A stretch of DNA of 64,000 bases from a virus. Shown here piece by piece: positions 9,801 to 20,054 of the stretch. A program made the position numbers and the translations under genes. The stretch lies in the IMG/VR virus record IMGVR_UViG_3300025141_016305, positions 96,001 through 160,000 of that record; one strand, given 5' to 3'. The notes beneath the pieces were generated by a model. It was given only the letters and a program-made list of their open reading frames with translations. It made no database searches and had not been told where the DNA came from. Positions within the stretch are counted from its first letter, which is position 1. Each line of letters starts with the position of its first letter.

Positions 9801-12800
9801 GAGATAATATGTCTCTTATTCTTTGAAATTGTTCCTCTGTAAGCTCTTTGAATTCACCACCCTCTATGTAACCCCTTCTTCCTGTTGTGTGGCTGCTAGT
9901 CTCTTCGCCAGGGTTTGTATAAAACAAATAATTTGGTGGTCTCTTAAGAATATTTTTATTATCTTTCATGAGATAGCCACAATCCGCAAACAACTTATCT
10001 ATGTCTGCTTGATTGTTCGAGAAATTGCCTAGGCCTTCGTCTGCTTCTATTTTACATGCGTAGGAATATATTTTTGACACGGAACAAAAAGACTTTCTAT
10101 TGTTATCCCTTTTTTGTAAGTTACTTTGTCTTATGAAGTAAGGAAAATTTGAAATTCTCTCGATTACATCATTGTATTTTTTTGACCTAGTTTGATCAGT
10201 AGAGTCTGGATTCATTGTCGCATATGCGTTTTCTATCATTTCAATATACTCATCAATGACCTTTTTAATCGCCCTCTTTAATAAGTCTTTTCGAAAATCT
10301 ACGGATGAAGTGTCTGAAAACTCCATCACTCTTGGTGTTACAACTTTTGAAAACACCTCTTTTATTGCGCCATCTCTATCATCTACGACTTGTGTAATCA
10401 AAATTCTAACTGGTACAATGTAGTCATTTACACCTAGGACCTTTTGGTTCGGAGGGTTTAGTCCCCGGTCAGTAGCCGAGAATTTCCCAGTTGTTATGTT
10501 ACGCGCAAACTCTTCTATTTTGTTAAACAAGACTTGGCGATCGAACCTTCTAACTTGATTCCCAACTCGAACTTCAGAAGAAATGTAAGGATTGTACCCC
10601 ATAGAGTGTGCTAATCCCACAGAGGTTATATTTTCTCTTGCACCCTTTGTGCATAGAACTAAATTTTGCAATTCTGCATTGCCAGGATTTATAATTTTTT
10701 CAATATACTGACCTTTGCGGGCTTCATCAGGGGGCGTGCCGGCATGTAAATCAGTCTCTTCCTCTAGATAATCTAACAGCTTCTTAAACGATTGTGTAAC
10801 TGGATCATCTGGCATCTGCGATGGCCATGTTGAGATAGCTTGATCATCACTGGCGCCAGGAGAATTAAAAATTATTGATGAATGACCTTTTAAATCAACC
10901 ACTGTCTCAACCCATCTCTCGGTGAAACCCTTTTCTGGGAGATCTTCTGTGTTTTCTTGTTCGGCATCTGTAATGGTTGAGTATAATGTTTCCAATTCAT
11001 TAAAATCTTGTTCTGGCATTTCTCCATAAACATTTAAGAAAACGGTCTTACCATTGCGAAGCTTGATCCAATCGTTTGGAAAGTTGTTATTGTTTATTAT
11101 TACTCTAGTCCCATCGGCGCCGTATCTATAAACATTAAGCCAAGGAGCATCTGGATCCAAAGGAGTGTGGTTAGTATTTCCAATTCCCAACATCTTATAT
11201 CCGCGGGAGATGGTATTAGAATCCTGGTCTGGATGGTCGACATTGTAAAGAGACTTTAAAAGTGCTCGGTCGGTCAAACCCTGAAATGTTATTTCTCTTT
11301 CGTCTGAAGTGTAATCTACTGTTGTTTCTCCATCCATAGGAATAAGATAAAATCTATTGCTTTCTTTTGTAAAACTATTTGGTAGAAATAATTTTTGCAT
11401 TTGCCTTGTAATCGTTCCAGCGGTGGACAAAGAGAGATCAAGATCTTGAGTATTAAAAAGCGAAGAGATATCTTCTTGTTTGTGATCGAAAAAATCGTAT
11501 GGATTGCCAGCATTTGATACGTTTAAAACCTGCCGCTGCCTTTTTATAAACCGGCCAGGGGACCTTTTAATGACCTCTGCTAAGTGATGAGCCTTGCTTT
11601 CAAGATTTTCAGTGGAAATAAAGCCGAACTTTGGTAAAATTGCATTGTCATATCTTCTTGTTAGTCCGTTAATTTGAGTAAATAAATTTTTTAAATCTTC
11701 TATACTATATATTTCTTGGTTTTTCCAAGCTTCAAGAGGATCCTCTGTCCCATCCAGAAAAGACAAGTCAGGAGCAAAGTCACCGCCTTGCATACTTAAA
11801 CTTAATAGACTATCAGGGAGAGCCTTAAGGATCCCGCCAGATGGTGGAAAAATACTATCTGTTGTTTGTTTTAAGGTTAAGTTTGTTGATGGGTCCTCTT
11901 CTGTTTCTATTACCGCCAGAAACTCATCAAAAGCCCTAGTCGTATCAAGCGTTAAATTGCTAAAATCTGCAAGCCCACCTTCTACTCTAATATAATGTTC
12001 GATTGATAGAAATGGATCATTTAAAATTTCAGTTTCAGGAATCGATGTTTTCCAAAGTTGCCGGTTGCCAAAAATCTCCTCAGTAATATCGCTAGATACG
12101 TCGACGTTTGGAATATTGTTTATGAACCAATCGCGATAAGAAACAGAAACATTATTATATATCTTTTTAGATAAATCTGGCATCAACAACAATTCGGTGG
12201 ATACCATCTTATCTACTGCTTTCTGGCCATCAGAAATGTTTGTTATTTTTTCCGCTACTGGTCTCCATATGTCTTTTAGAGATTGGCTTTTTTGTAATTC
12301 ACTATAGACGTATCTGGAGATAAAATCACTGTAAAACTGATCACCTAATACACCTTCGACATCCCATTCTGAATATGGTATTGAGCCCTTTAGCATAAGC
12401 TCGATCAAACAGATTCGAACAAAACCTTTCAGCGTTGCCACCTGTATAGCACTCTCTATGGGTCCGGGTTTTGAATAGTCTAAATTTTGTGGCTGATTTT
12501 CTGGCTTTGCAAGTTCTGTTGCTACAAGATCCGGAATCTCTTCTATCACCATTTTATCGAAAGATAAAATTCCATAATGACTTAGGTTAAATCGATTTCT
12601 AAGGCAGCCAGTAGTTTCATCTATATATCTGCCGCGGATACGATCACCAACGCGTTGGCCATAAGCCTCATCAAACATTCTAGAGCCCCTCAATTTAAAG
12701 AATATTTGTTCCATGATTCCTTCGAAACTCTTCTGATAGAGAGAATCGGTACCGGGGCCGTATATTAAATTCCTCGCGTCACTGTCACTTGGCATTGCAT

Positions 12801-15800
12801 ATTGTACATTGGAGTCGTAACTGTATCTACTTAAGTCTTCGTTGATTTTACTTAAGTATTGCTGAGCGAAAACCTCTCTTTTGGATATAATTTCCTGCTG
12901 TGGCGAAGGTTCGATTGACCTAAGCAGAAGATTTTGAAACTCTTCTGGAATGGGGTCACAATATCTAAAGTGCTGTTCTTCTGGGAAGAGCTTGTTGTCT
13001 TTTACGATTATGACTTGCGAGTCTTTATCCAGATAAGTTCCAAACTCCTTTAAAGAAATTTCTGGACCGAAGTCCTTCACCTCTCTTGGGAACTTAAGAG
13101 TCAAAACATTCTCAACAGATGTGCTAATTACGGATTGACGACCTTCATACTCTCGCCTATTTTCTTGGGCAATATCATGTACATCCTTTAGAAATACCAT
13201 ATATTCCGATTTTGTTTGTGTGGCAAAAACCTTTGGTGCTTCTCTTTCCAATATTTGTGATAATTCTCTGAGTCTTTCAAGTAATTTATTTTGCTTTTCT
13301 GGTAGTGTGATTTTATCCCCTACAAACTCATTTTCTTGCCCTTCTGCCAAGCGAATATTCGCGGCATCTTCCGAAAAGAAGTCCTTAAAAACCAACAAAT
13401 CTTTGAAATTTTGAGTTTCTGCAGTTGTGACCTCTTCCCCAAACCCAATTGGTGATAGAACCACTTGTAATGCCGCGGAGTCTTCCGGGCTTAGGTTCTT
13501 TAGTTGCTCTACGCTTATGACCGTTGGTGGCGAAAAGTTTTCTCTATACTTAACAGTTACAAAACTTCTCTCCTCAGTTGAAGGATCAATGTATTCTGCT
13601 GCCTCATAAACACTATATAAAATCTGGAACTGTTCCTCTATCGACTCTTGTGTTATAACTTGCTGAAATCTATCTCCTTGACTAGCATATCTTCTTATTG
13701 ATTCTGCTGCAGATTCGAACCTCAAGACTGCAGTGGCGTTGAAATTTGGATCTCCAGGGCGGGCGACACTCGGTACTTCTGTTGATAAGTTTGGAACAAA
13801 GGCTCCAAGAGAATTAACATAGGATGATTTTGCTTTTTCAAAAACACCTTTTGTTGTTCTTTCAATTGCCTCATTTAAACTATTTGGAAAAGAATTGAAC
13901 AGTGCATTTGAGTCGCCAACTCTAAATAGTTCTTCAGCTATTGGAGCTAAGCCATTTTCAGATAGGGCCTTTTGAGCTTCGAATTCGTCCAAAAGGTTCT
14001 GCTCTGCTAACTCTAAAGCTCTCCTAATTTCGTCATCTTGGACATTATCATTAGCCATAATCTTACGACGAATTTCATTCAACACTTCTGTTGTGGTTTC
14101 GCAAGTTGCGGCGCCAGCTATAGTACTGGTGGCTTGCAAGGCATCACACAGCGTAGATGGGACAAATGAACTAATAGTGTCAAAAAACTCAATTATATCT
14201 TCGTGAGTTTGAAAGCTATTCTGTAAATCAAATGTTTGAGAGAGGCGCCCAAGTATTCCCACCGCAGAGGGAGGGATTGGCTCACCAGAAAAAAGTCTAC
14301 ACAACTCTTCCCCTGAAAGTGTCCTCAAGGAAGCGTCTATGAAATCTGCGGCCTTCTCTCTATCTTCGTTTTCTAGTCGCAAATTAAACATTGCATCAGC
14401 CAGTGCTTTTTGTACAAAAGGAGACAAGCCTTCACCGCTTCCAAATGTGTTGGAAAACTGATCGGCACAGAATGGAAATTCTAAAAATTGAAGTATGGTA
14501 CGTAAAAATGTGCATATCAATCTATTAATAATCTCTTGCAATTTTTTATATAAAAGATCAAGAAAATCCACATCAAAACCAAAAATTGGTATTCTATCTG
14601 GTATTGGTATATTAAAGTTTGGTATTTTTATTGAAAACCCCGGAAGTTTTGCACACTTTAAATAATCACAAAGCAAACCAGTTAAATTAAGCTTTTTAAA
14701 AATCTCCTCTTTTAAGAGGTGTGCATTACATGTATCACCAAGCATGCTCAGTATCTCGTCTTTACCATAAGGGGTATCTGCAACATTTTTTGTTAGAAAA
14801 TTAATTTCTGTTAGTTTTTCTGCCCATTCAACTTGTGCTTGTGCGCCTTGTTTGGCCCACGAGCCAGCTTTGTGCCAATAGGCTTCATCCTCGTTTGTGC
14901 TTGTTCCGCTAGCGGAGATTCCCAGATTAAATGTGTGCTCCAACAAATAAGCAATTCCATTTTTTGGATCAAAAAGATCAGCGCAGCCGAAACCACCAGT
15001 ATCAACTTGATTTGATATATTGTCTGTAATTCCACTCACAATTGGAATTGGAGTGCTTGTCATTTGTCTGATTCTTGCCAAATACCCGACAGCATATGGT
15101 TTCATAAACTCCGTCGGCGCATGTACCTCTCTTGACCTAGGTGTCATACCGGGGGCGCGGGGTGCCATAACTGCAGTGTCTTCATATATAATTGCATTGC
15201 TTGTGACTATTTTGCTTATTATGATCACCGGGGATTTTGAAATAATTCGCTCCCGGGCGCGGTCTGTTTCGTAGTCTCCTAGTAAGCCCAAGCCTTCATT
15301 GCCCGGAATTGTAAAATCAAAATGAATTGTTATTTCTGGTGCGAATAGACCTAAATCAGCCCTGGGTGTGTTTGTTGTTATGAAACTAGGATCTCTTTCA
15401 TTGACAAGTGCCTTGATTTGATCCACAAGCATTTGTAAATTATTTGCCTCTTGCAAGGGGTCAAATCCACTGGGGTCAAACTGAAATCGTGCCTCTTTTG
15501 CTTGTTTTGCAGCTTCCCTTATATCTTCTTTGGCCACCTGCAATCTTCTGTCCAACTCTGCGATATCTATGGAAATAGAAAGGGGCGTTGTTTGAAAAGT
15601 GTTCAAAAAATCTGATGCTTTCGGATCAGAATCTGCAGCTAATTTAGACAAAGAGACAAGCGATTCGCCAATTATCTCGCTACCGTCAAATCTACCAAAC
15701 GGACCTAGGTCAATATCTATTCGAGACCTTTCTTGTGCTGACAATTCAGAATCTTCACGTGAAACTTTTAGGGCGGCCTCTCTAAATCTTCTGACTATTT

Positions 15801-17622
15801 CTCTTCTGTTTGCTGCAGCGTACGCTCTATATTCTTTAAATCTTCTTTTGTTTTCTTCTGGGGATAAATCTTCGCATGCCTCATCAATCCTAGCCGCTAG
15901 AGGATCCGGGACAGTATCTGTATAAGAGGACTCTTCTGGGTCGAGTGCAGGAGCTTCTTGAGTTGATATTGAGTACCCTTCCGTTATTAGATTTAATTTA
16001 TCTACATTTATTTCAAAATAGGCACGATAAGGGTCCCCGGTACGAAACGAAGGGGTTCGATATTGAATGAATTTAATTAATGGCTCTTGAAGGTTCAAAC
16101 CCTCTATTTCATCATAAAACTGAACTTCTGATTCTACTATTTCATTTGATTTTGAAAGATTTTCCCTTGTTGTTAATACCCAATATTTAGATCTATCTTC
16201 ACTTGCTATATCGTGCGGAAGCATGTTTGAATGTTCTGGCTGTGGTATGTCCGAGCCCACTACAAAATACTCATCCAAAAACTCTATTTTATCTTTATAT
16301 ATGTACCAGATATCTGGCTTATTATAAAAATCTAACACTTTACTTAAGGCTTTGTCTTCCAAAGATTTTATTGTTTCGGGATCATAATTAAAAATATTTT
16401 CAAAAGTAAACTCTGTGATATCGAAAAATCCAACTGTTTTACTATTCACAACAAATGGATCCGGATCTGTCAGGGGGTCTGGTTGCAAAGCTCTCTCTAT
16501 GTAACCTCTTGCTTGTTCTAAATCAATCGTAGGATCTATTTCATCCTCTGCAATCATTTCCATTGTTTTTACGGCGGCATCATATAATATACTAGCCTTT
16601 GCGGAATCTTGGCCGGTGGCTTTTGGTCTTGCCTTATAAATTATAGAAGCAGCAGACATAGAAATACTTTCTTCCGTCCCGCCAGAACGAACAGCTTCGG
16701 CGCTTGGAGAATCTTGCCCTAAGCGGCTGGCACTTTGCAGCACGGGACCCCTAGGGCGGATTGGGTCCCAATCATAAGAAGCTGGTGCCTTTTCTTTGAA
16801 AATAGCAACGTGGCCTTGGTTGTCTTTTAATGAATTCAAAACGTCTAGAGAGGCGAGCGGAAATGCAGGGGCGAATATTGCTCCTTGGCTTTCTGCAGAG
16901 TCTGGGCGTTGCGCTAAGAGGAGACTAACAAACCGGTTAAATAATTCATATGGTATTATATCTACAACTAGGCCCCCTTCCGCTGTCCCAAAACTTACTT
17001 CTTGTACTGTCCCATCCAAAACTATTGGTCTGGTTATAACATCCTCTCTATGGTAGTACCCTTCATTTGAAAGACCGGAAGCCTGAGGGAGCCATCCATG
17101 CATAACTGCAAGAGTCGCTTCTCCAAGTTGGCCATACTCTCTTTCAAACAAAGTTATAATTGAATCAATAACCTGCAAAGTTAGTGATTCTTTTCTTGCA
17201 ATTTTGCTAGCATTTGAAAGATCATTATACTCAACACCTTTTTCCAACTCGTTCAATTCAGCTATCATTCTATTGACACCAAATTTGTTAAAAAGATAAC
17301 AAAGTATAAAAAACTGGTTATCTAGTTGATATTTCATTATTCGAGATTGCAGGTCTTTATTGAAGGTTGCAACATCTCTAGGCGTAGAGCCAACTCCGGA
17401 AACACAGTCAAACCACCCATTTGGATCGTATGCTACGCCCTCATTTGCTTCTTCTTGTGGAGGTAGGTCTTGGGCTCTAACGACGGACCCTAAAGCTAAT
17501 TTAACAGCGGATATGTCACTACCGATATCGCCTATTTTTCGAGGTCCGAAAGATAAAGTTCTCTCTCCCTTGTCTGTAGTGTGCGTTACTTCTAGCTTGA
17601 ATGATCTGATCGTACTAGACAT
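6802..17622 (-). CDS. Giant hypothetical protein (3606 aa), probably virion/baseplate-associated
   Basis: Single long ORF with GGAGA Shine-Dalgarno, between gp5-like and gp25-like genes; acidic; contains an internal repeat. Confidence 0.75.
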   Translation of the reverse strand: MSSTIRSFKLEVTHTTDKGERTLSFGPRKIGDIGSDISAVKLALGSVVRAQDLPPQEEANEGVAYDPNGWFDCVSGVGSTPRDVATFNKDLQSRIMKYQLDNQFFILCYLFNKFGVNRMIAELNELEKGVEYNDLSNASKIARKESLTLQVIDSIITLFEREYGQLGEATLAVMHGWLPQASGLSNEGYYHREDVITRPIVLDGTVQEVSFGTAEGGLVVDIIPYELFNRFVSLLLAQRPDSAESQGAIFAPAFPLASLDVLNSLKDNQGHVAIFKEKAPASYDWDPIRPRGPVLQSASRLGQDSPSAEAVRSGGTEESISMSAASIIYKARPKATGQDSAKASILYDAAVKTMEMIAEDEIDPTIDLEQARGYIERALQPDPLTDPDPFVVNSKTVGFFDITEFTFENIFNYDPETIKSLEDKALSKVLDFYNKPDIWYIYKDKIEFLDEYFVVGSDIPQPEHSNMLPHDIASEDRSKYWVLTTRENLSKSNEIVESEVQFYDEIEGLNLQEPLIKFIQYRTPSFRTGDPYRAYFEINVDKLNLITEGYSISTQEAPALDPEESSYTDTVPDPLAARIDEACEDLSPEENKRRFKEYRAYAAANRREIVRRFREAALKVSREDSELSAQERSRIDIDLGPFGRFDGSEIIGESLVSLSKLAADSDPKASDFLNTFQTTPLSISIDIAELDRRLQVAKEDIREAAKQAKEARFQFDPSGFDPLQEANNLQMLVDQIKALVNERDPSFITTNTPRADLGLFAPEITIHFDFTIPGNEGLGLLGDYETDRARERIISKSPVIIISKIVTSNAIIYEDTAVMAPRAPGMTPRSREVHAPTEFMKPYAVGYLARIRQMTSTPIPIVSGITDNISNQVDTGGFGCADLFDPKNGIAYLLEHTFNLGISASGTSTNEDEAYWHKAGSWAKQGAQAQVEWAEKLTEINFLTKNVADTPYGKDEILSMLGDTCNAHLLKEEIFKKLNLTGLLCDYLKCAKLPGFSIKIPNFNIPIPDRIPIFGFDVDFLDLLYKKLQEIINRLICTFLRTILQFLEFPFCADQFSNTFGSGEGLSPFVQKALADAMFNLRLENEDREKAADFIDASLRTLSGEELCRLFSGEPIPPSAVGILGRLSQTFDLQNSFQTHEDIIEFFDTISSFVPSTLCDALQATSTIAGAATCETTTEVLNEIRRKIMANDNVQDDEIRRALELAEQNLLDEFEAQKALSENGLAPIAEELFRVGDSNALFNSFPNSLNEAIERTTKGVFEKAKSSYVNSLGAFVPNLSTEVPSVARPGDPNFNATAVLRFESAAESIRRYASQGDRFQQVITQESIEEQFQILYSVYEAAEYIDPSTEERSFVTVKYRENFSPPTVISVEQLKNLSPEDSAALQVVLSPIGFGEEVTTAETQNFKDLLVFKDFFSEDAANIRLAEGQENEFVGDKITLPEKQNKLLERLRELSQILEREAPKVFATQTKSEYMVFLKDVHDIAQENRREYEGRQSVISTSVENVLTLKFPREVKDFGPEISLKEFGTYLDKDSQVIIVKDNKLFPEEQHFRYCDPIPEEFQNLLLRSIEPSPQQEIISKREVFAQQYLSKINEDLSRYSYDSNVQYAMPSDSDARNLIYGPGTDSLYQKSFEGIMEQIFFKLRGSRMFDEAYGQRVGDRIRGRYIDETTGCLRNRFNLSHYGILSFDKMVIEEIPDLVATELAKPENQPQNLDYSKPGPIESAIQVATLKGFVRICLIELMLKGSIPYSEWDVEGVLGDQFYSDFISRYVYSELQKSQSLKDIWRPVAEKITNISDGQKAVDKMVSTELLLMPDLSKKIYNNVSVSYRDWFINNIPNVDVSSDITEEIFGNRQLWKTSIPETEILNDPFLSIEHYIRVEGGLADFSNLTLDTTRAFDEFLAVIETEEDPSTNLTLKQTTDSIFPPSGGILKALPDSLLSLSMQGGDFAPDLSFLDGTEDPLEAWKNQEIYSIEDLKNLFTQINGLTRRYDNAILPKFGFISTENLESKAHHLAEVIKRSPGRFIKRQRQVLNVSNAGNPYDFFDHKQEDISSLFNTQDLDLSLSTAGTITRQMQKLFLPNSFTKESNRFYLIPMDGETTVDYTSDEREITFQGLTDRALLKSLYNVDHPDQDSNTISRGYKMLGIGNTNHTPLDPDAPWLNVYRYGADGTRVIINNNNFPNDWIKLRNGKTVFLNVYGEMPEQDFNELETLYSTITDAEQENTEDLPEKGFTERWVETVVDLKGHSSIIFNSPGASDDQAISTWPSQMPDDPVTQSFKKLLDYLEEETDLHAGTPPDEARKGQYIEKIINPGNAELQNLVLCTKGARENITSVGLAHSMGYNPYISSEVRVGNQVRRFDRQVLFNKIEEFARNITTGKFSATDRGLNPPNQKVLGVNDYIVPVRILITQVVDDRDGAIKEVFSKVVTPRVMEFSDTSSVDFRKDLLKRAIKKVIDEYIEMIENAYATMNPDSTDQTRSKKYNDVIERISNFPYFIRQSNLQKRDNNRKSFCSVSKIYSYACKIEADEGLGNFSNNQADIDKLFADCGYLMKDNKNILKRPPNYLFYTNPGEETSSHTTGRRGYIEGGEFKELTEEQFQRIRDILSPEARNIAEGQALSAAAAASMEQFEEDTGINFLSASRKIFEQVENAFLGNPDADPTRANLGNINYALGTVEEVIFTDELGKRREHFKNLKSQQRYGLNFLYNTALNMNTLPDRLQRTGNTIVATPLQPARLRNKLAISIANILHWFKQRRVESFWGRTTMPSWLPEKSDVLGGDEYTVTGTGRYGYYVGDETGTPQLGGQYMGPQGRFIEITQAQFERVRDILLPSAGRIRSGIIREDADRLDAASRHQANAFEEDTGLDFEDLSSPLIRRIQGFADGVDPEIFYADLVEEQVRVERGLVDISQSRYSTNWDNNSTRAQVEHIIPSVEIPDMMCGFSPFLGDDRYNPDEFFEAYKSHRMNKDSLLINLASQRILTSPAFIRYRDDMLLVFRFLKKQLQNFEFIVEDRINSSRFVDDIFTANNTDLPTELIRFKDHFTEINLYLMNSLESSVPRLPNGQPAVDPLNHVLDFTNLNDIALNGFPGMERHQKIATFFSRDKYNLVRDKIRAATISNYYHLYRFGFGNSYTNHIQRHAKTFLRRSIQKQHDSWVCALEETGVYYFYNKFKDTFMTELYRQTDSLFDSSVVNYGVRLMHNTPSEDSTALFESIIEKVGSEAYGNLSNEERCYKTVAREGEQKYLYSHPLASHEEDVGFQNFSIVNIQNQYIHSKNERLHKLIEKPECKLALEYIFPVKRYMSIATVFSTSILGGYGKIPADPRTAGGLLTGAKSSLASVFLVCSLSPKEKLNFMSDVTQSEMLKMNLQSSLSDGSNLPCFDFPFDTDLLKMFVEDLYEIIKQMPSIVLRGIANVLDPAYKEMRYHYSNCNLKNLRNSDLKFITAGNTNEMPAGLIDRTRRRQEGGSGHGKYAPIFPTALADMYLSAYLLTPKPFATSRELLSHGPSNTSGWEALGTTVSRMLSYSIGGPLSMMDLSFAFAAPCMEVDVGWDLKWKIGQYGRYGHPMTVFTNLALATPEIKGERELVKKNCSDLLDEDDLCDESEE

Positions 17623-17637
17623 ATTTTATATTCTCCG

Positions 17638-19032
17638 TTAATTAACAGTGTTATATTTGCTGTTAATGTATTCCTCTGATTCGTGATCTAAAAATCTTAT
17701 TTTAAATTGGGCTAAGTTCAACTTGTTAAATGTACATTGCAAGTCCCCTGTTGTCAAGAGTGCAAGATCAGTTGAAATTCCCTTTGCCGCATTCATAAGA
17801 TTCCACAGGGCTGGGCCTGTTGCTGTCTCATGATGGTGCATCGCTAACGTTCGGTTAAATTCGGTCTGAAATGTTATGACATTGTTGATTATTCTTGTTG
17901 TCTCTTCAACTAATTTCACAATTTGCTCAAGTGCCATTTCCAAATTAGACCCAAGAACCATTGGTTGTTGAGGCAGGTCCTGGTCGGGGTGAGTTACTTT
18001 TTTCCCATTATTAGCAACCAGATGAATACCAACATCTGATGCATTGATTTGGTTGCCTTGCGAATTCACGGTCTCATGATTTCCTCTGGTTATAAATTTA
18101 ATATTTTGCCTTGCATGCATCCTTACTCTATCTGCTTTGAGCATAATGGCAGAAGCTGGTGCACCAGGATTATCAATTTTTGTATTTCTATAGGAAAGGA
18201 GCCCAAAGTCATCATATGCGACCATCTCTTTCTTTAGCGGTTTTGAGATTTTAAAATATTCATCAACATCTGTCATTTGACTTATATATATGCGGGCTGC
18301 GTCCATCATCATCCCGGGGTGAATTCCATCACTTAAACGCTTCCCTTGCAAGGAATTGGATCTAACAGTATTATATAAAGGACCAAGAACAATTGGCTTT
18401 CCAGTTCCAAAATCAGCTACTGGGAAAGGTGACATTCTACCTGCCACAATATCAATTGCACCAGCGGCCATATGGTCAGAATATCCAGATTTTTCGCTGC
18501 GGCTAAGAGAATCAGGTGACCAGTTTTCTGTTCTATCCGCCGGGTTCCTATCTCTACCTAAGCAGATCAAAGTATTATTCGCTCCTTGAAGTACAGTATC
18601 CGTTTCCCTATTAAAAAACTCCGGTATTACATGACTTTCGTCAAGTGGCCTATTTCCACTACCATCTGCGGGGGTGTCCGAGGGTCCAGCTAAAAACGAA
18701 AAAGCAGAATCCAAAGGCTTAAAAGAAAAATGGTTTCTCGGTATGCCTTTTGTTTGTACCTTTTTTGTACTATTTTCTGGTGTCCTCTCTTGTGGGCCGG
18801 ATCCAGGGGAAGATGCTGGCGGCTCGTCAGGTGGTGGGCTTTCTCCTCGCAATTTCGCGCCATGAGCCATGGCCCGATCAAAATCTTCTCTCCTGGCTTG
18901 GGCCGCGGTCTCTCTACGCTCAGCGCTTCGCCGCGCAGATTGTTCGAGGCGCAAATCTTCCATAGCATCAGCCTCTGCCTGTGCGGCTCTAGACTTAAAA
19001 TCGTTACCGTTATTGTTGTCGTTATCTGCCAT
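17638..19032 (-). CDS. Baseplate hub/spike protein (gp5-like C-terminal beta-helix with His metal site)
   Basis: QGANNTLICLGRDR, GAIDIVAGR, DAARIYISQ, AIMLKADRVR, QPMVLG and a C-terminal HHH; position in the baseplate module. Confidence 0.65.
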   Translation of the reverse strand: MADNDNNNGNDFKSRAAQAEADAMEDLRLEQSARRSAERRETAAQARREDFDRAMAHGAKLRGESPPPDEPPASSPGSGPQERTPENSTKKVQTKGIPRNHFSFKPLDSAFSFLAGPSDTPADGSGNRPLDESHVIPEFFNRETDTVLQGANNTLICLGRDRNPADRTENWSPDSLSRSEKSGYSDHMAAGAIDIVAGRMSPFPVADFGTGKPIVLGPLYNTVRSNSLQGKRLSDGIHPGMMMDAARIYISQMTDVDEYFKISKPLKKEMVAYDDFGLLSYRNTKIDNPGAPASAIMLKADRVRMHARQNIKFITRGNHETVNSQGNQINASDVGIHLVANNGKKVTHPDQDLPQQPMVLGSNLEMALEQIVKLVEETTRIINNVITFQTEFNRTLAMHHHETATGPALWNLMNAAKGISTDLALLTTGDLQCTFNKLNLAQFKIRFLDHESEEYINSKYNTVN

Positions 19033-19044
19033 TTTCTTTCTCTT

Positions 19045-19725
19045 TTATCTGATCGATTTTAAGATGCCAATACTAAAATTGTGTTTATTGGGAAATTCAA
19101 CTGCAGCCATCGCGCCGTTGCGAAGTCCATCAGCTTTATTAACGGAATAGAATCTAGGAAACCTATCCAATCTTTTAATTTGTTTTGGTACAGTTTTATA
19201 CCACTCTGGAGGCACAACTGCACCGGTGGCGTCTTTCTCGACGTACTCATCAGCGTCCATCTCAATACCTTCAAGAGTAAACAAGCCGGAATCGGCCACA
19301 CTACTAAATGGTTTGTCTGGATTAAGAATCGACGCGTCCGAGGGATCCATCAAAGTCATTTCTGAAATAAATCTATCAATTAATTTCATTTCTGGCAACG
19401 GCAAGCATCCTGAAATTTCTGGTATATACACTATTGCCTCTACTATGTTTGCATCTTTTGCATCTTCTGGTGTTTTGCTGCCCATCACCAAAGACAAGAA
19501 TGTATTATCATGTTTTTCCCAAAAAGTTTTATAATCCATATAAGACCAGTGCATGATTATGCCGTTGTAAGTTTGAGATGGCTTGTCTAGGCCCTTGGTA
19601 TTAGGGTGCCTAGGCTCTAACCCTTCTAAGGCATATCTCATAGGGTTGTATCTAAGATTCATCTGATCAGATGGTTGTCTTTTTTTGTCTCTTTCTTCTA
19701 CTGGGCCTGAACCGTAACCTGACAT
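19045..19725 (-). CDS. Hypothetical protein (baseplate module)
   Basis: 226-aa ORF, co-oriented, GGAGGAG upstream. Confidence 0.6.
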   Translation of the reverse strand: MSGYGSGPVEERDKKRQPSDQMNLRYNPMRYALEGLEPRHPNTKGLDKPSQTYNGIIMHWSYMDYKTFWEKHDNTFLSLVMGSKTPEDAKDANIVEAIVYIPEISGCLPLPEMKLIDRFISEMTLMDPSDASILNPDKPFSSVADSGLFTLEGIEMDADEYVEKDATGAVVPPEWYKTVPKQIKRLDRFPRFYSVNKADGLRNGAMAAVEFPNKHNFSIGILKSIR

Positions 19726-19726
19726 C

Positions 19727-20026
19727 TTACTCCTCCTCTTGATCCTGATTTATTAAATCAAAAAGTTCTTGCTTATCTTCTTCCGATATTCCTTCTTTGT
19801 TGTTTTCCTTCTTTTGCATTAAACCTGCCAACTTTACTAGTTGTTCATTTGATCTTTGTAGGGTTTCTAAGTATTTTGCAGCGATTAATCCAACTTCTTT
19901 ATGTCTATCATCAGATATCTGCATGTATTTTAAAAGATTCATAAGCAGGCTTTTTGTGGCTGCTCGATCATCAACTATGTTTTTCGTTGCATCTTCAATG
20001 AAGTCTATAACTGTCTTTTTTGCCAT
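19727..20026 (-). CDS. Hypothetical helical protein; first gene after the putative late promoter
   Basis: 99-aa ORF with CTAATTA 4 nt upstream of the ATG. Confidence 0.7.
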   Translation of the reverse strand: MAKKTVIDFIEDATKNIVDDRAATKSLLMNLLKYMQISDDRHKEVGLIAAKYLETLQRSNEQLVKLAGLMQKKENNKEGISEEDKQELFDLINQDQEEE

Positions 20027-20030
20027 ATTT

Positions 20031-20037
20031 TAATTAG
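20031..20037 (-). promoter_or_regulatory. Putative late promoter CTAATTA-N4-ATG
   Basis: Same motif and spacing at 53654, 60281 and 60924. Confidence 0.6.
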
Positions 20038-20054
20038 GTATGTGCTAAATTTTA

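Noticed and set aside
6802-17622. Tape measure protein call for the 3606-aa ORF
   Set aside because: It is acidic and lacks the Ala/Gly-rich periodic helical repeats typical of tape measures; function left unassigned.
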